Below, piece after piece: positions 1 to 10,850 of a stretch of DNA of 64,000 nucleotides. The stretch's first letter is position 1. Each line of letters starts with the position of its first letter. The translations under genes and the position numbers were made by a program. The notes below the pieces were generated by a model, which had not been told where the DNA came from, searched no databases, and was given only the letters and a program-made list of their open reading frames with translations. The stretch lies in assembly GCF_009914755.1 (NCBI RefSeq), contig NC_060926.1. One strand, written 5' to 3'. The stretch is from the human T2T-CHM13v2.0 reference genome, Homo sapiens.

Positions 1-2600
1 TTATATCTCTGTTAAAAATTAATGGTTGCCCTGAAGTTAATAATAAACATACTTACTGAATCAGAGTCTATCTTCAAATATTATACTGCTTTATGTATAT
101 TGTAAGGAACTTATAACAGTATACTTAACAATTTCTTTCTCTTATTCTTTTTGCTATTGTCATACTATTGTCACATATTTTAGTTGTGTATTCTTCATAA
201 AAATACAATGAATTACAATGGTATATGTCTGTCTGAAAAACTACTTTTTATAATTGTCATAAAGTTGGTCTTCTTGGCACTGAATTTTCTCAGTACTTAT
301 TTACCTGAAATAATTTTCACTCTTTTTTGGAAATATATTTTTGTTTGATATAGAATTCTGATTGACATTTTTTGTTGTTGTTTAAAACTCTACATTTTAA
401 AGATGTAGTTATCATCTGCTAGTTTGCAAGATTTCTAAAGATAAACCTGCCATAATTATTTATTATTATTATCATTATTTTTGAGACAGGGTCTTACTTT
501 GTCATCCAGACTGGAGTGCAGTCATGCAATCATGGCTCACTATAGCCTCAACCTCCCAGGCCCGAGTTATCCTCCAACCTCAGCCCCCAGACTAGCTGGG
601 ACCACAGGTGTGCACCACCATGTTTGGCTAATTGTTAAATCTGTTTGTAGAAATGAGATCTTCCTACATTGCCCAGGCTACTCTTGAACACCTAGGCTCA
701 AGTGATCCAGCCTCAGCCTCCCAAAGTGTTGGGATTATAAGCATGATCTGGTTATTGTAATTTTTATCTTTGTTCTGCTGTGGGTAATTTGTCTTTTTTG
801 TTCTGGCTGCCTTCAAAATTTTCTCTTGAGCTTTTGATTTTGGTATTTTTAATATAAAATTCCTACATAGTTTATTTATTTGTATTTATCTGATGGGTAG
901 TCTTGAGCTTATTCAATCTGTGGTTTGGTATCTGTCATTAACATTGGAAAATTCTTGGCCATTATTTCCTCAAATTTTTTAAAATTCTGTTTTTCTTTCT
1001 TTTCTTTTTGGGATTAGAGTTATGAATTCTAATGAATATGTATCTTAGATCCATTGATATGTTGATATTTTTACACTGCTTTTGTATGTTGTAGTTTTAT
1101 TTTTATTTTTTAACTTTTCTTTTCTTTTTGTTTGTTTGTTTGTTTGTTCGGTTTAGGTAGTTTCTATTGACCTGTCATCAAAATATCAACAAGTTCACTG
1201 ATTGCTTCTTTGCCTATGATAAGTCTAAGAATGAGCCTGTAACAGACATTAATCATATCTGTCATATTTTAATTTCTAGCATTTGCAATTGATTCTTATA
1301 GTTTTCATCTCTTTCCTGGAATTACCTAGCTGATCTTGTGTATTGTCCACCTCTTCCATTAGAGACTCTAACATATGAATCAAGTTATTTTAACTTTTCT
1401 GTCTTTTAATTTCACCACCTGTGTCATACCTAAGTCTGGTTTTTATGACTGTTTTGGCTCTTACGAGTGTGTTGTTTTTACTTTCCTTTTTGTATGCTTT
1501 GTAATTTTTGTTGAAAGTCAGGCATCTTGGAAAAGAAAGTCCAGCATTTTATATAATTTTTACCCCTGGAAATTAATGTCTCTCTTTTGAGTAGAACTAT
1601 TATGTAGGAGATTTAAGTTCAAGTTAATTTAATACCCTTAAGTAGTAAGGGTATCAGCTTGGTTTTAGGTTTATTGTTGCTATGGTAACCTTTAGGGCAC
1701 CACTGGCTTCAAATTCCTCCAGAAATACCTTGTGTTAGTTTGGTTTGCTAGAGGATTTTTTTTTTCTTCTACTTAGTGGGTGATCCTATATCAACTCTAG
1801 ATCTTCCTTTGTGCTGTACCTCAGAAAATTTCTTTTCATGTATTGGTTCCTCTCCTATGCCACTCCAAGTCATATTCCAATGTTGTTACTTACTACTGCT
1901 TGTTAGCTTGTCAGCAGGGAGTGGTACTGAGGCATTATTTCTTGTTTACATTAAACTTAGTCGTAGGCTGGCATGGTGTTATGTTTCTGGGTCCTGCAGT
2001 GTGAACTCCTGAGTAGTTTCCCTCCTCAGGCTCTAGGCCTGGACTCTGCATGCAATGCTGCCCCTCTCTCAGGGGAAGGATTTTAAAAATTGTTGTTCTC
2101 TTCTTCTAGCTGCAATTGATTTTCACTGGTGTGTTAAGGGTGTGTTTGCACTTGCCTCTGTAGTTTAAGGCTCTGTTCCACAGCAGAGATATAGTAGGGT
2201 GCAGGTAGGGCTCTGTGTTCGTCCCGCAGGGGCTGATGTGTACCATAAGAAACACTTTCCTTCCTTGAATCTTTTTTGTGATTGCCCTTGGTTCATGGAG
2301 AAAAACTGTAAGGAGAATGTAGAACTCCTTAATTTTCTCATCTCTTAGGAACTTTGCACTCTCTCTGGAATAAACTTGGCCTCCACCAATATGCCAGTTA
2401 CATCAATTGAACCCTTTTTACTGGTTTTCAGTTGCATCTGTCTTAGATAAGCCATTGCATATGTCTTATCACTTCCTACAGGCACCTGTCTTTTCTTTGA
2501 TTTTGGGCTAGCTGGTTGCCCTGCAATTTCATCTTCCAATGGTTTCAAGAATTGTGAATTTATTTGGCTCTGTTACATTATTTGGGTGGAAATGACATTC
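1..2600 (-). mobile_element. Old L1M (mammalian-wide LINE-1) ORF1/5' region fragments, interrupted by an Alu
   Basis: T-rich sequence with antisense L1M ORF1-like motifs (e.g. 'tctgtcattaacattggaaaattcttggccattatttcctcaaat' near 930-975). Heavily decayed; boundaries approximate. Confidence 0.55.
456..752 (-). mobile_element. AluJ-type SINE
   Basis: (TTA)n tail then 'gagacagggtcttactttgtcatccagactggagtgcagt...gcaatcatggctcac...gcctcccaaagtgttgggattata'. J-type 'atcatggctcac' and 'ctaggctcaag'; highly diverged. Confidence 0.9.
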
Positions 2601-3100
2601 TTTTGAGTTCTTTATATCCCTGGATGAAAAATAAATTTGATGTTAATAAAGCATCATTGTAGAAATAATCAGAATTTCATATTTTCTTGCAAATTAACAA
2701 CAAGGGTTTTATGAGACCTAAAAAAGGAAGATATCCACAAGTAGATGAAGATGTGTTATATTTTGTTCCTAAAATACTTGCAACGAGCTTACTCTCACAC
2801 TCCAAGTACTGCAACTGAAGGTAGGGTAGATTGCCAAATTCTTTGGAATAGATGAAATCATTTCAAAGCAATGAGGGGCTGATGTTCTTAATTCATGTTG
2901 TACAGGATTATCATTAAGGCATCATGTCACGGTTTAAATAGCAGAATTTTTTTCTTTCTTAGTGGTTCATAAAATAATGATGTGACTTAAAATCAATGGC
3001 ATTCTCTGTACTGTTAGCAGTGGGGCGAGGCTTTGTGTAGCTCCAGTGACAGGAGACTTTCAGATTAGGCACTGAAATTGAAGTGCCTATAAAAATTTTA

Positions 3101-3150
3101 TGTATATATATGCACGTGTGTGTGTGTGTGTGTATGTGTGTGTATGTATA
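3101..3150. repeat. (TG)n/(TA)n compound microsatellite
   Basis: 'tgtatatatatgcacgtgtgtgtgtgtgtgtgtatgtgtgtgtatgtata' read directly. Confidence 0.9.
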
Positions 3151-6002
3151 TTCATGGAAGGCTGCCATAGTAAGCCTTTCTTGTTTGTGATTGTCTTACA
3201 ATAATTTTATTAATGAGGCTACTATTATAGCTGTTACATTAGAAAATGGGCAAAGAAATTTCTAATGGCTTGCAAAGTAGCTCAGCTATATTTTCAATTA
3301 GGGGAAAGGTAGACTAAAGGCTCACAGACTACATTTCAAAAGTAAGTATTATTGGCACATAAGAAGTATGGCATGAGACATGGGTAATTTGGGGTGGAAA
3401 GGAAGAAAAAAGGTTAAAAGATAAAAATGTCAGTGGGTAGAAACTGGAAAGCATCAATGATATTTTAGATCTTTCTTCATATATTGGTATAAAAATAATA
3501 AGGTGAGTGTGAACTTATTAGACCGAACTCTGCTACATATGCAAAGGAAATCAAATTCCTTCTTTGACAACTGTATCGCATATAACACCAGGGAGAATTC
3601 TTAACCAGTAAGTTGACCCTGTTCAGTCTGCTTTGTCAAGGAGACATTAGTGTATTGGGGAATTGTGAACACTGGCTTCCTGAAGTAAACTGGTTCATAT
3701 TTAGAGAAACTATTAACTTACAGAGAGTTCTGTAGAATTTTACCAAATCTTTGTGGTTCTTAACATGTTTTTGTCTGTACAACCCTCTTTCAAAAACTCC
3801 ATGATAAGTTTCAAGGCAAAAAATGACATTAAATTAAGAGTTGTGTAGAACTGAGTCTCTATCCTTCAAGAAACATTTGATATCTTTATGTTATGAAATT
3901 GTCTTTAATCATTAATTCTAAATAAAATATAAGATTTATCCATGTAACATGTTAGGGAATAAAGTAGAGTTGGGGCCAGATAAATATTGATTTCCTTGTG
4001 TTTAGTTTTATCATTCATAAAAATTCCGAATGAAGAGATATGCCACATGCTAGTGTATTTTTTGTAATGTATTTCTTTGGTAGTATTTTAAATAACAGGG
4101 AGTACCAGAAAACTGATCATTATGTAGAGATTTAACCTCAGCTAGCTATTTTATAACCAATGCTTTATTCCAGCTCTATAATTAACATCTAAAATTAACA
4201 TTTTTCAACATGACTTTAAACATTAGAGAATCTAAGTAGATATAAATACTTAAAGTACTATTGCTTTGCACTTTTTAGGCCTTTCAAAACGGAACTAAAG
4301 GCAGTCTCTCTCCACATGAAATATGGCACAGTACATGCTTTGGAACTGTTTTATAGTCTTAAATATTTTTTATGCAATTGAGTATAATTATTTCCATATG
4401 TTTATAAAGAGTAAAGGGAGGTAGCCACAGAGATGCTGAAATGTTCTATGTCCCTTTACATTACTAGTCACATAAGAGAACTGGCTCCTTCTTATCTCTG
4501 GTCTTTTTATCAGATAAATAGAATTTATTCACTTTCTTTAATACTAACCTGAAGATGATGTTTAATGCACCATAAACAAATCTTATGAATTTTTTTTACA
4601 TGATTAAAATGGTCGTAACTATCCAATGTTTCTTGCTGATTGAATCTGCCACTTCTGTTTACTAGGAAAATAAATAACACATGTTTGCTCTCTTTCTAAA
4701 AGGTTCCTATTTATTTTGTGGTCATTTCCTACTTATAATATTTCCAGCTTAATTTCATAAATCAGCTTTTATACTTGAAAAAAAGCTTTTATTGTACATT
4801 GTCTTCAAATATTTTGTCTTTGAGCTCTAGGCTTTTATTTGATGAAACATTGTTTTCTTTTCTCTTTTCTTTCTTTTTTTTGAGGCTTGTATTGGAGTTG
4901 GATTTTAAAAAGTGAAACAGCTGCATGCCTTACATATGAACAGGCAGTATTCAGCTGTCTGAGATTTTTTTCCTCCACTATATTAGCAATGCTTGTGTCT
5001 AATTTATAGCTGTCAAACAAAGAAAAACAAAATTTACAGGGCATTTGTCTGTCAAAGGGCTCATTAAGATGAACAAGCATGCAGAATAAACTGTCTAACA
5101 AGAAAACTCCCATTGTTATCATTTCTTAAGTCATGGATGCCGTGAGTAATGTTATTTATGCGTCCCTTCCAGTGATTTTAGGGACTGTATAAAGTTCAAT
5201 GAACATGGCTAAATGATATCTTCAGTAGATAAACTTCTACTCTGTCATGCACTCCATGCCATATGCTTGACATACATTCATACTGAGAGTCAAGGCCTGT
5301 TTCTATACCACCATGATTGTATTAAAATACGAAGCATCTTGGGTACATACTTCAGGGCATATCTCAAATTCACCTTCTTTAAGGAGCTTTCCTGTTATCT
5401 GTGTTCGATATGATCCCAAATCTCTATAGGCTATATGTTCTGCCTTGTGTTATTATCATTTGTAGGGTTGTCTTATTTCTACCACATGTGCTCCTTCTCA
5501 TCTTAACATTCCTGCTCCCCTTCTAGGAATATATATCTCTTGGTAATAGTTCTGCAATCTAAGGCAAAGGTTAAGGGTAGATGTGCTCTATCTATGGAGT
5601 TGAAGTAGCTAGTCAATGTTTCTTCCACTTGATAGCATGAGAGCCTAGCTCAGCTTGGAGTCAATGTCATACATTTACTTCAAAGCTGGGGCCCATGAAA
5701 GGAATGCACTCAATAATGGGCCAACAATCATTTTACTTTGTCAGGTCCTAAACCATGAGGTCTGCAGTTTTAAGTTAGTCTTGCTATAAATGAGGTTCCT
5801 TATCGTCAAAAGAGAAAATAGTCTTACATAATAATTTCCCATTTCTCTAGAAATTAGTTAAATTTGCAGCTTGGCATATAGGCTTTTGCTGTCAAAGTGG
5901 ACACAATTATATGACATTCCAACAGAAAACTATATATAGGGTGCTGCTAAATGGTGCTAGTATTGATCATGTCAGGTACCCTGTAATATTATGTATTATA
6001 AG

Positions 6003-6021
6003 ATATATATATATATATATA
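6003..6021. repeat. (AT)n microsatellite
   Basis: About 9 AT units read directly. Confidence 0.9.
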
Positions 6022-6029
6022 CTTATTTA

Positions 6030-6178
6030 GCTATAATAACCCTATAAGGTAGTGTCATTCGTCATTCTCGTTTTATACACAGGTACTTGAGGCTTGGTCT
6101 CATAAATTAGTGAATAATGGTGTTGGACTTCAAATCTAGGTTTGTCTTACTTGAAAATGCACACTCTTAATTACATTA
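6030..6178 (-). mobile_element. MIR SINE fragment
   Basis: 'aataaccctataaggtag...ttctcgttttatacac...tgaggct...ggacttcaaatctaggtttgtct...cacactcttaattac' resembles the antisense MIR core and 5' part. Confidence 0.6.
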
Positions 6179-6390
6179 AGCTGAATTCCTACTAAATTTA
6201 ATTGTAGATCTCTCATTTTTAGAAATCTAAACTTAGTTCAAATTCATTTTCGTGAAGGAAGAGGCTGTGTTAGCCTTATTTGTAAATGGGACTGGCAATT
6301 TAAATTATATTCCATAATCAAAATAATCTGCAGCAACTGCCTTTTGCATTTCCAATGGGGCAAAAGAAGATTCTGTGAATTACGTAAACT

Positions 6391-6430
6391 TGACTTATTT
6401 AATAATTAGTTGACTTATTTAATAATTAGT
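6391..6430. repeat. Perfect 20-bp tandem duplication (TGACTTATTTAATAATTAGT x2)
   Basis: 6391-6410 is identical to 6411-6430. Confidence 0.95.
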
Positions 6431-6459
6431 GAGTTGCATGCTGTGCATATTCTGTGAAT

Positions 6460-6498
6460 ACACACACACACACATACACACACACACACACACACACA
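6460..6498. repeat. (AC)n microsatellite
   Basis: About 19 AC units with one AT interruption. Confidence 0.95.
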
Positions 6499-6869
6499 AT
6501 GGAAAACTAAGGTGTTTTAATCTTTTAGAAGCTTATATCAAAAAGTTTTTGGAAGAAACCAAGAAAACTGTATAAGCATGATTTAAGATGGGCTGAAGAG
6601 AGGAGTGTCCTTTATGGAAGATTGAGGGAGGAGCATTTTCAGGGCAAGATTGAAAAGATAAGATTGCTTTGAAGGGCCCCAGTGAGGTGTCATGATGTCA
6701 CCCTTGATAACGGGTGATATCGATAGGGTGATATCATTTTGACTATAACAATTGAATAGTAACCTAGATTGTATTGCCAACTGTTATCAGCCAACTTAGT
6801 CATGCACAACTATTTTGTTTTTGTAATTAATGTGTGCCACTAACAGTTCAAGTGTTAGATACTTATCCA

Positions 6870-7760
6870 CAATCTCCAACCAATATTCTTATCTTCATCC
6901 CTATGCTCTACCTTTTTGTTTTCTTCTACATATGAACTTCCCCTGCTCCTGTCTAAAACCAATTCATGACTTCTTCCCTACAAAAGACATTGTTCCAGAA
7001 ATTCTTCCCTCCTTCTTTTGCTTGTTATTTTTAACTCTCTTCATACAAAGTTGCTCTTATTTCTTCCTGCTCACACTTTCCCTGCCATGTATTGATCCAA
7101 TCATTAGATAGAGTAGAGAACAATTGACAACATGATTTATTTGTGAGAAAGATGATGTACATAAAATAAGTAAATATTTTGACTTTTGGGACTGATAAAA
7201 TTGATAAGGCCTTTTAGTGAGTTAGGGATGAAAAGAGACTTTAAGCTTAAGTGATTGATTATTGTAGGTGTAATATATCGATAAAAATTTTCATTGAGAG
7301 GTAAAAAAAAATCACCATGTCAGATGTTTCTTCTTATCTCTGCTCAAATAGTCATGGGAAAATACTCCTGAAAAATATACTATTACTTTGATAAAGATGA
7401 AGATAAGAGGTTTTTAAGTGAATGGCATAAAATAATGGATAATTCTTTCATAAGTATACTACAAGGGAGTGGAAAAATTCCTGAAGCCACAGATTGTCTT
7501 AGAGTTAAAAAGTTTAGGACTTCCAGTGACTGGTAATGTCAGGAGTGGTAGGATACGTGAACAACTAAGGAAATCTATCAGAATAAAGATTAGCTTTCAA
7601 GATGTGTTGGTGATGTATTTGGAATATGCCTGGATGTCAGACCACGCTGCAGGTCTGGGGCAGCTGTGTCTGTTGCACATGGCAATGACAGTGGACAATT
7701 GAATCTTCAGTGCTTCTGAGAGCCAGATGAGCCCCAGAAAATGGATGCAATGAGAAACCC
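6870..7760. mobile_element. Probable very old L2 fragments (both orientations)
   Basis: Pyrimidine-rich L2-like tract at 6870-7070 and purine-rich antisense L2-like tract at 7120-7760. Weak similarity only. Confidence 0.3.
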
Positions 7761-8007
7761 AATTTCTGAAATTTAGCAGTAAAAATAAAGATTAAAGGAT
7801 AGATATAGCCTACATACAAAAAAGGCAAAATTATTCCATTTCTCAATCTGTAGATATTTGCTGAGCATCTATGTGTTATAAATAAAAACTGTGAGAGATA
7901 AAAAATGTATAAAATAAATGGCTTCTGTTTTATTATATATGTCAGTGCATGAGTATTTTCACTGAGCTAATCAGAGAGTGTTATAAAAGTAAAAACTAAG
8001 TTCTTTG

Positions 8008-8162
8008 GCACTTATTGAGCAGCTACTGTGTGCTTGTTAATATTCTAGGCATCTGTCCTTGAATCATCTCAATTAATTATTACAATAGTTGTAAAATGCT
8101 GGTGTTAGTATGTACCTTCATTTCCACAGAAGGAGGTCAGGTCACTTGTCTAAAGTAAGACA
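8008..8162 (-). mobile_element. MIR SINE fragment
   Basis: 'cacttattgagcagctactgtgtgc...tattctaggca...cttcatttccacagaaggagg...cacttgtctaaagt' resembles antisense MIR. Confidence 0.5.
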
Positions 8163-10539
8163 ATCTTGCATTTATCAAGTTTCAAAGGAAAAAGTGTTCA
8201 CTGCAAACAGATTGTTGAAGATTTAAGTCTCATATTGGGCAGTGAAGAATGAGATACATAGGAAAGGGAAGCAGAAAGATACTAGAGGTTGGGTTAGAGA
8301 AGGAATATTGAGGGCCATGAATAGATGAGCCTGGTGGTAAGAGAGCTTATGTGCAGAACCAAATGAAAAATATATTTGGAAAGTGAAGTTTAGCCTAAAT
8401 TACCATGGGTCTATGTACTTTTAAACACATCTCTCTTACCTATCTCTCGTCTACTTTTTCATTTCCATTGAGAGGAAGGTGAATTTAGTTCCATATTATC
8501 TATTTTATAGTTGTTTGGTTGATGAAAGATCAAAGATGAAAAAATGATAATTTTGGTTTCACATTCTATATCTTAAAGCAACTTGATTTTATAAAAAGAT
8601 GCCCAAGCTACGCTATTTGGATCTGGTTCATAATTTGTGCCTAATATAGTCTACACCTCAGATATGTATGCACATAAAGCCAATTCCAAGCAACTTTAAA
8701 GTAACACAGGAAATTCAGGTTAACATTTGTCACAGTTTCCAATGGCAACAGCCTCTTCTATTTAACTTGTGATGAAATGAAAATGCTATACCTCATTTTC
8801 TCTCTCTTAGTGTGATGCCTTCTTCTTCTGTCCTAGCCAAAAATCTCACAAACTTGGACATTGTAAAGAATACTCTCTTCCTGGCCTTTATTGTGAGATA
8901 CTGAGGACTGTTTTCTGTAAAGGACTTAAAAAATATGCATTTAAGAGATATGATGAATGTTGCTCAGTGGTAAATCTTTGTATAAAAATGTGTTAAATTT
9001 TAGTCATTTTCTGTGGGATTGTAGCATCAGCAACTGGCATGCGATGAATCAGACTGATGATTCCAGTCCTTTGCAAAGCAGACAGCATGATATAATGGCA
9101 CTGAAAAAATCTCCTTTGGCAACTTTTGTAGCCACGAAGTGCAAAAGAGGTGTTAGATATTACTATACTTGGAAAGAGCAAGAGTCCTCATTTCAACTAT
9201 TGAAATTATTTGAAGCCCTCTTTTACTATTTCCTTTAGTGCTGATAATGTGGATACCATCACATTTGATCTCCTGAGCAAGGTAGCCTTACCTTACTTTT
9301 CTGTGGGGTTATGGAGCCCTTCAGAAATTTGAGAACCTTTTCTATAAAGGATTGTTTGAGCAATATATGTCCAGATACATTTTTTCCCTTGTACACATTC
9401 AACCTTGCCAAGTATCATTTCAAGAACTGAATGTTTAGTTTTTTTTACAACTGCCATAATCTTGCTGGGAAGGTCACCTTCTGTGAAAGCTGAATAGATA
9501 TGATTTCTTCAAGAAAAAAATTAAGGTGAGTTATAAAATCGTAATTTTAAAGGAGATGTACATGTTACAGAAGTCACATAAAGCAATTTGTAAGCAAGAA
9601 GTTCTAAAGGCTGTCAGGATATGTTGATTCAGAAGTTTCAGGGATTAATTGACCACCAGGAACTTTCATGAATCTAGCAGTGGATCTCCAAAGTGATAAA
9701 TGCTAGCATTGAAGTGTTAACTTAGTTATATTGGAGCATACAGCAGAAAGAGACTAATTCCAACTGACTTCACATAATCATCTTTTGCCTGATTATATGA
9801 AGCTATTGACTATTATAGAAGTGGGAAATCTGTTCTTAGCCACAATTTGTCTTTAGCAGCCAAGTATACTTTCTCTAATCCTAACCAGCCAAATCTTAGG
9901 AAACAAGTTGCAGAAGCCATGTGGGTTAGACTCCTGGCAAATAGCACCTGCACCAGGTTACTCCAACAGCCATCTAGGTGACAGAACCACCTCGGGGCCA
10001 GTTATAAAGATGATTGTGTTCTCTCCAGCTGCTATTCTAGTTTGCTATTCTGCCTTCCATAAAGCCTTCCTTCTATTGTTTGTATTTTTGTAACTATGGA
10101 ATATATAATTTCAAAAGATTTCTCTTATGTTCCTCATTTATACTCTTTAATACATCAAGGCACATTATGCAGGCCTTTCAACGTTATTCAAGAATGTTAA
10201 GCTTACTGTTAAGCTTACTGCTATCTAAATAGTCTTTTTGTGATATTGATATTTTCAATGTTAACTGATATTTCATTGTAATGATTAATAAATATTCTTT
10301 CAAATTTAAAGGGGACTTTTCAAAGTAAAGTGCTTTCTATATTTATTGTAAGAAATACTTCAAAAGCCCAGTTCTTGAGGAAGACTAAAAGGTACTATAT
10401 GCAATTTCTTAATCTCTTCTTTGGGCATTCTATAAGTTGGGGTAGTCTAATTGCTTCAACATGTACCAAATCTCAATTAATTAGGATCATGCAATTTTAT
10501 CTCTTGCTCGTAAGATAGTTTAACGTAAGTTTTTTGGGG

Positions 10540-10850
10540 GCAGCCTTTTATATATTGATTTAGGAATTCAGCTTCTTTCTAATCTTTGGTGCTACTATCC
10601 TTTAGAGTCTCATAGGCCTCTGCCAATTCTTTTACCCCCAGCAAACAAATGGGTGAAGAGACAGAGTGTGTGATCCTATGGGAGGATATTTATGGACCAA
10701 GCCTACAAGAGAGGCTTATCACTTCCACCCACGTTCAATTGGCCCAAACTCGGACTTAACATCTTCACCTACTTATAAGGGAGGCTGGGAAATGTATAGT
10801 TGTATTCCCAAAATAAAGGAAAACAGAAAAACTAGATATATTCTACTATA
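10540..10850 (-). mobile_element. MLT1 (MaLR) LTR fragment
   Basis: 'tatcacttccacccacgttcaattggccc...taagggaggctgggaaatgtatagt' is the typical antisense old-MLT1 motif. Confidence 0.55.

Noticed and set aside
1676-1689. RFX X-box match GTTGCTATGGTAAC
   Set aside because: It lies within old L1M-derived sequence and there is no other promoter evidence nearby.
4940-4953. Exact 14-mer ACAGGCAGTATTCA repeated at 51287-51300
   Set aside because: Several 14-mer matches are expected by chance in 64 kb, and the similarity does not extend into the flanks.
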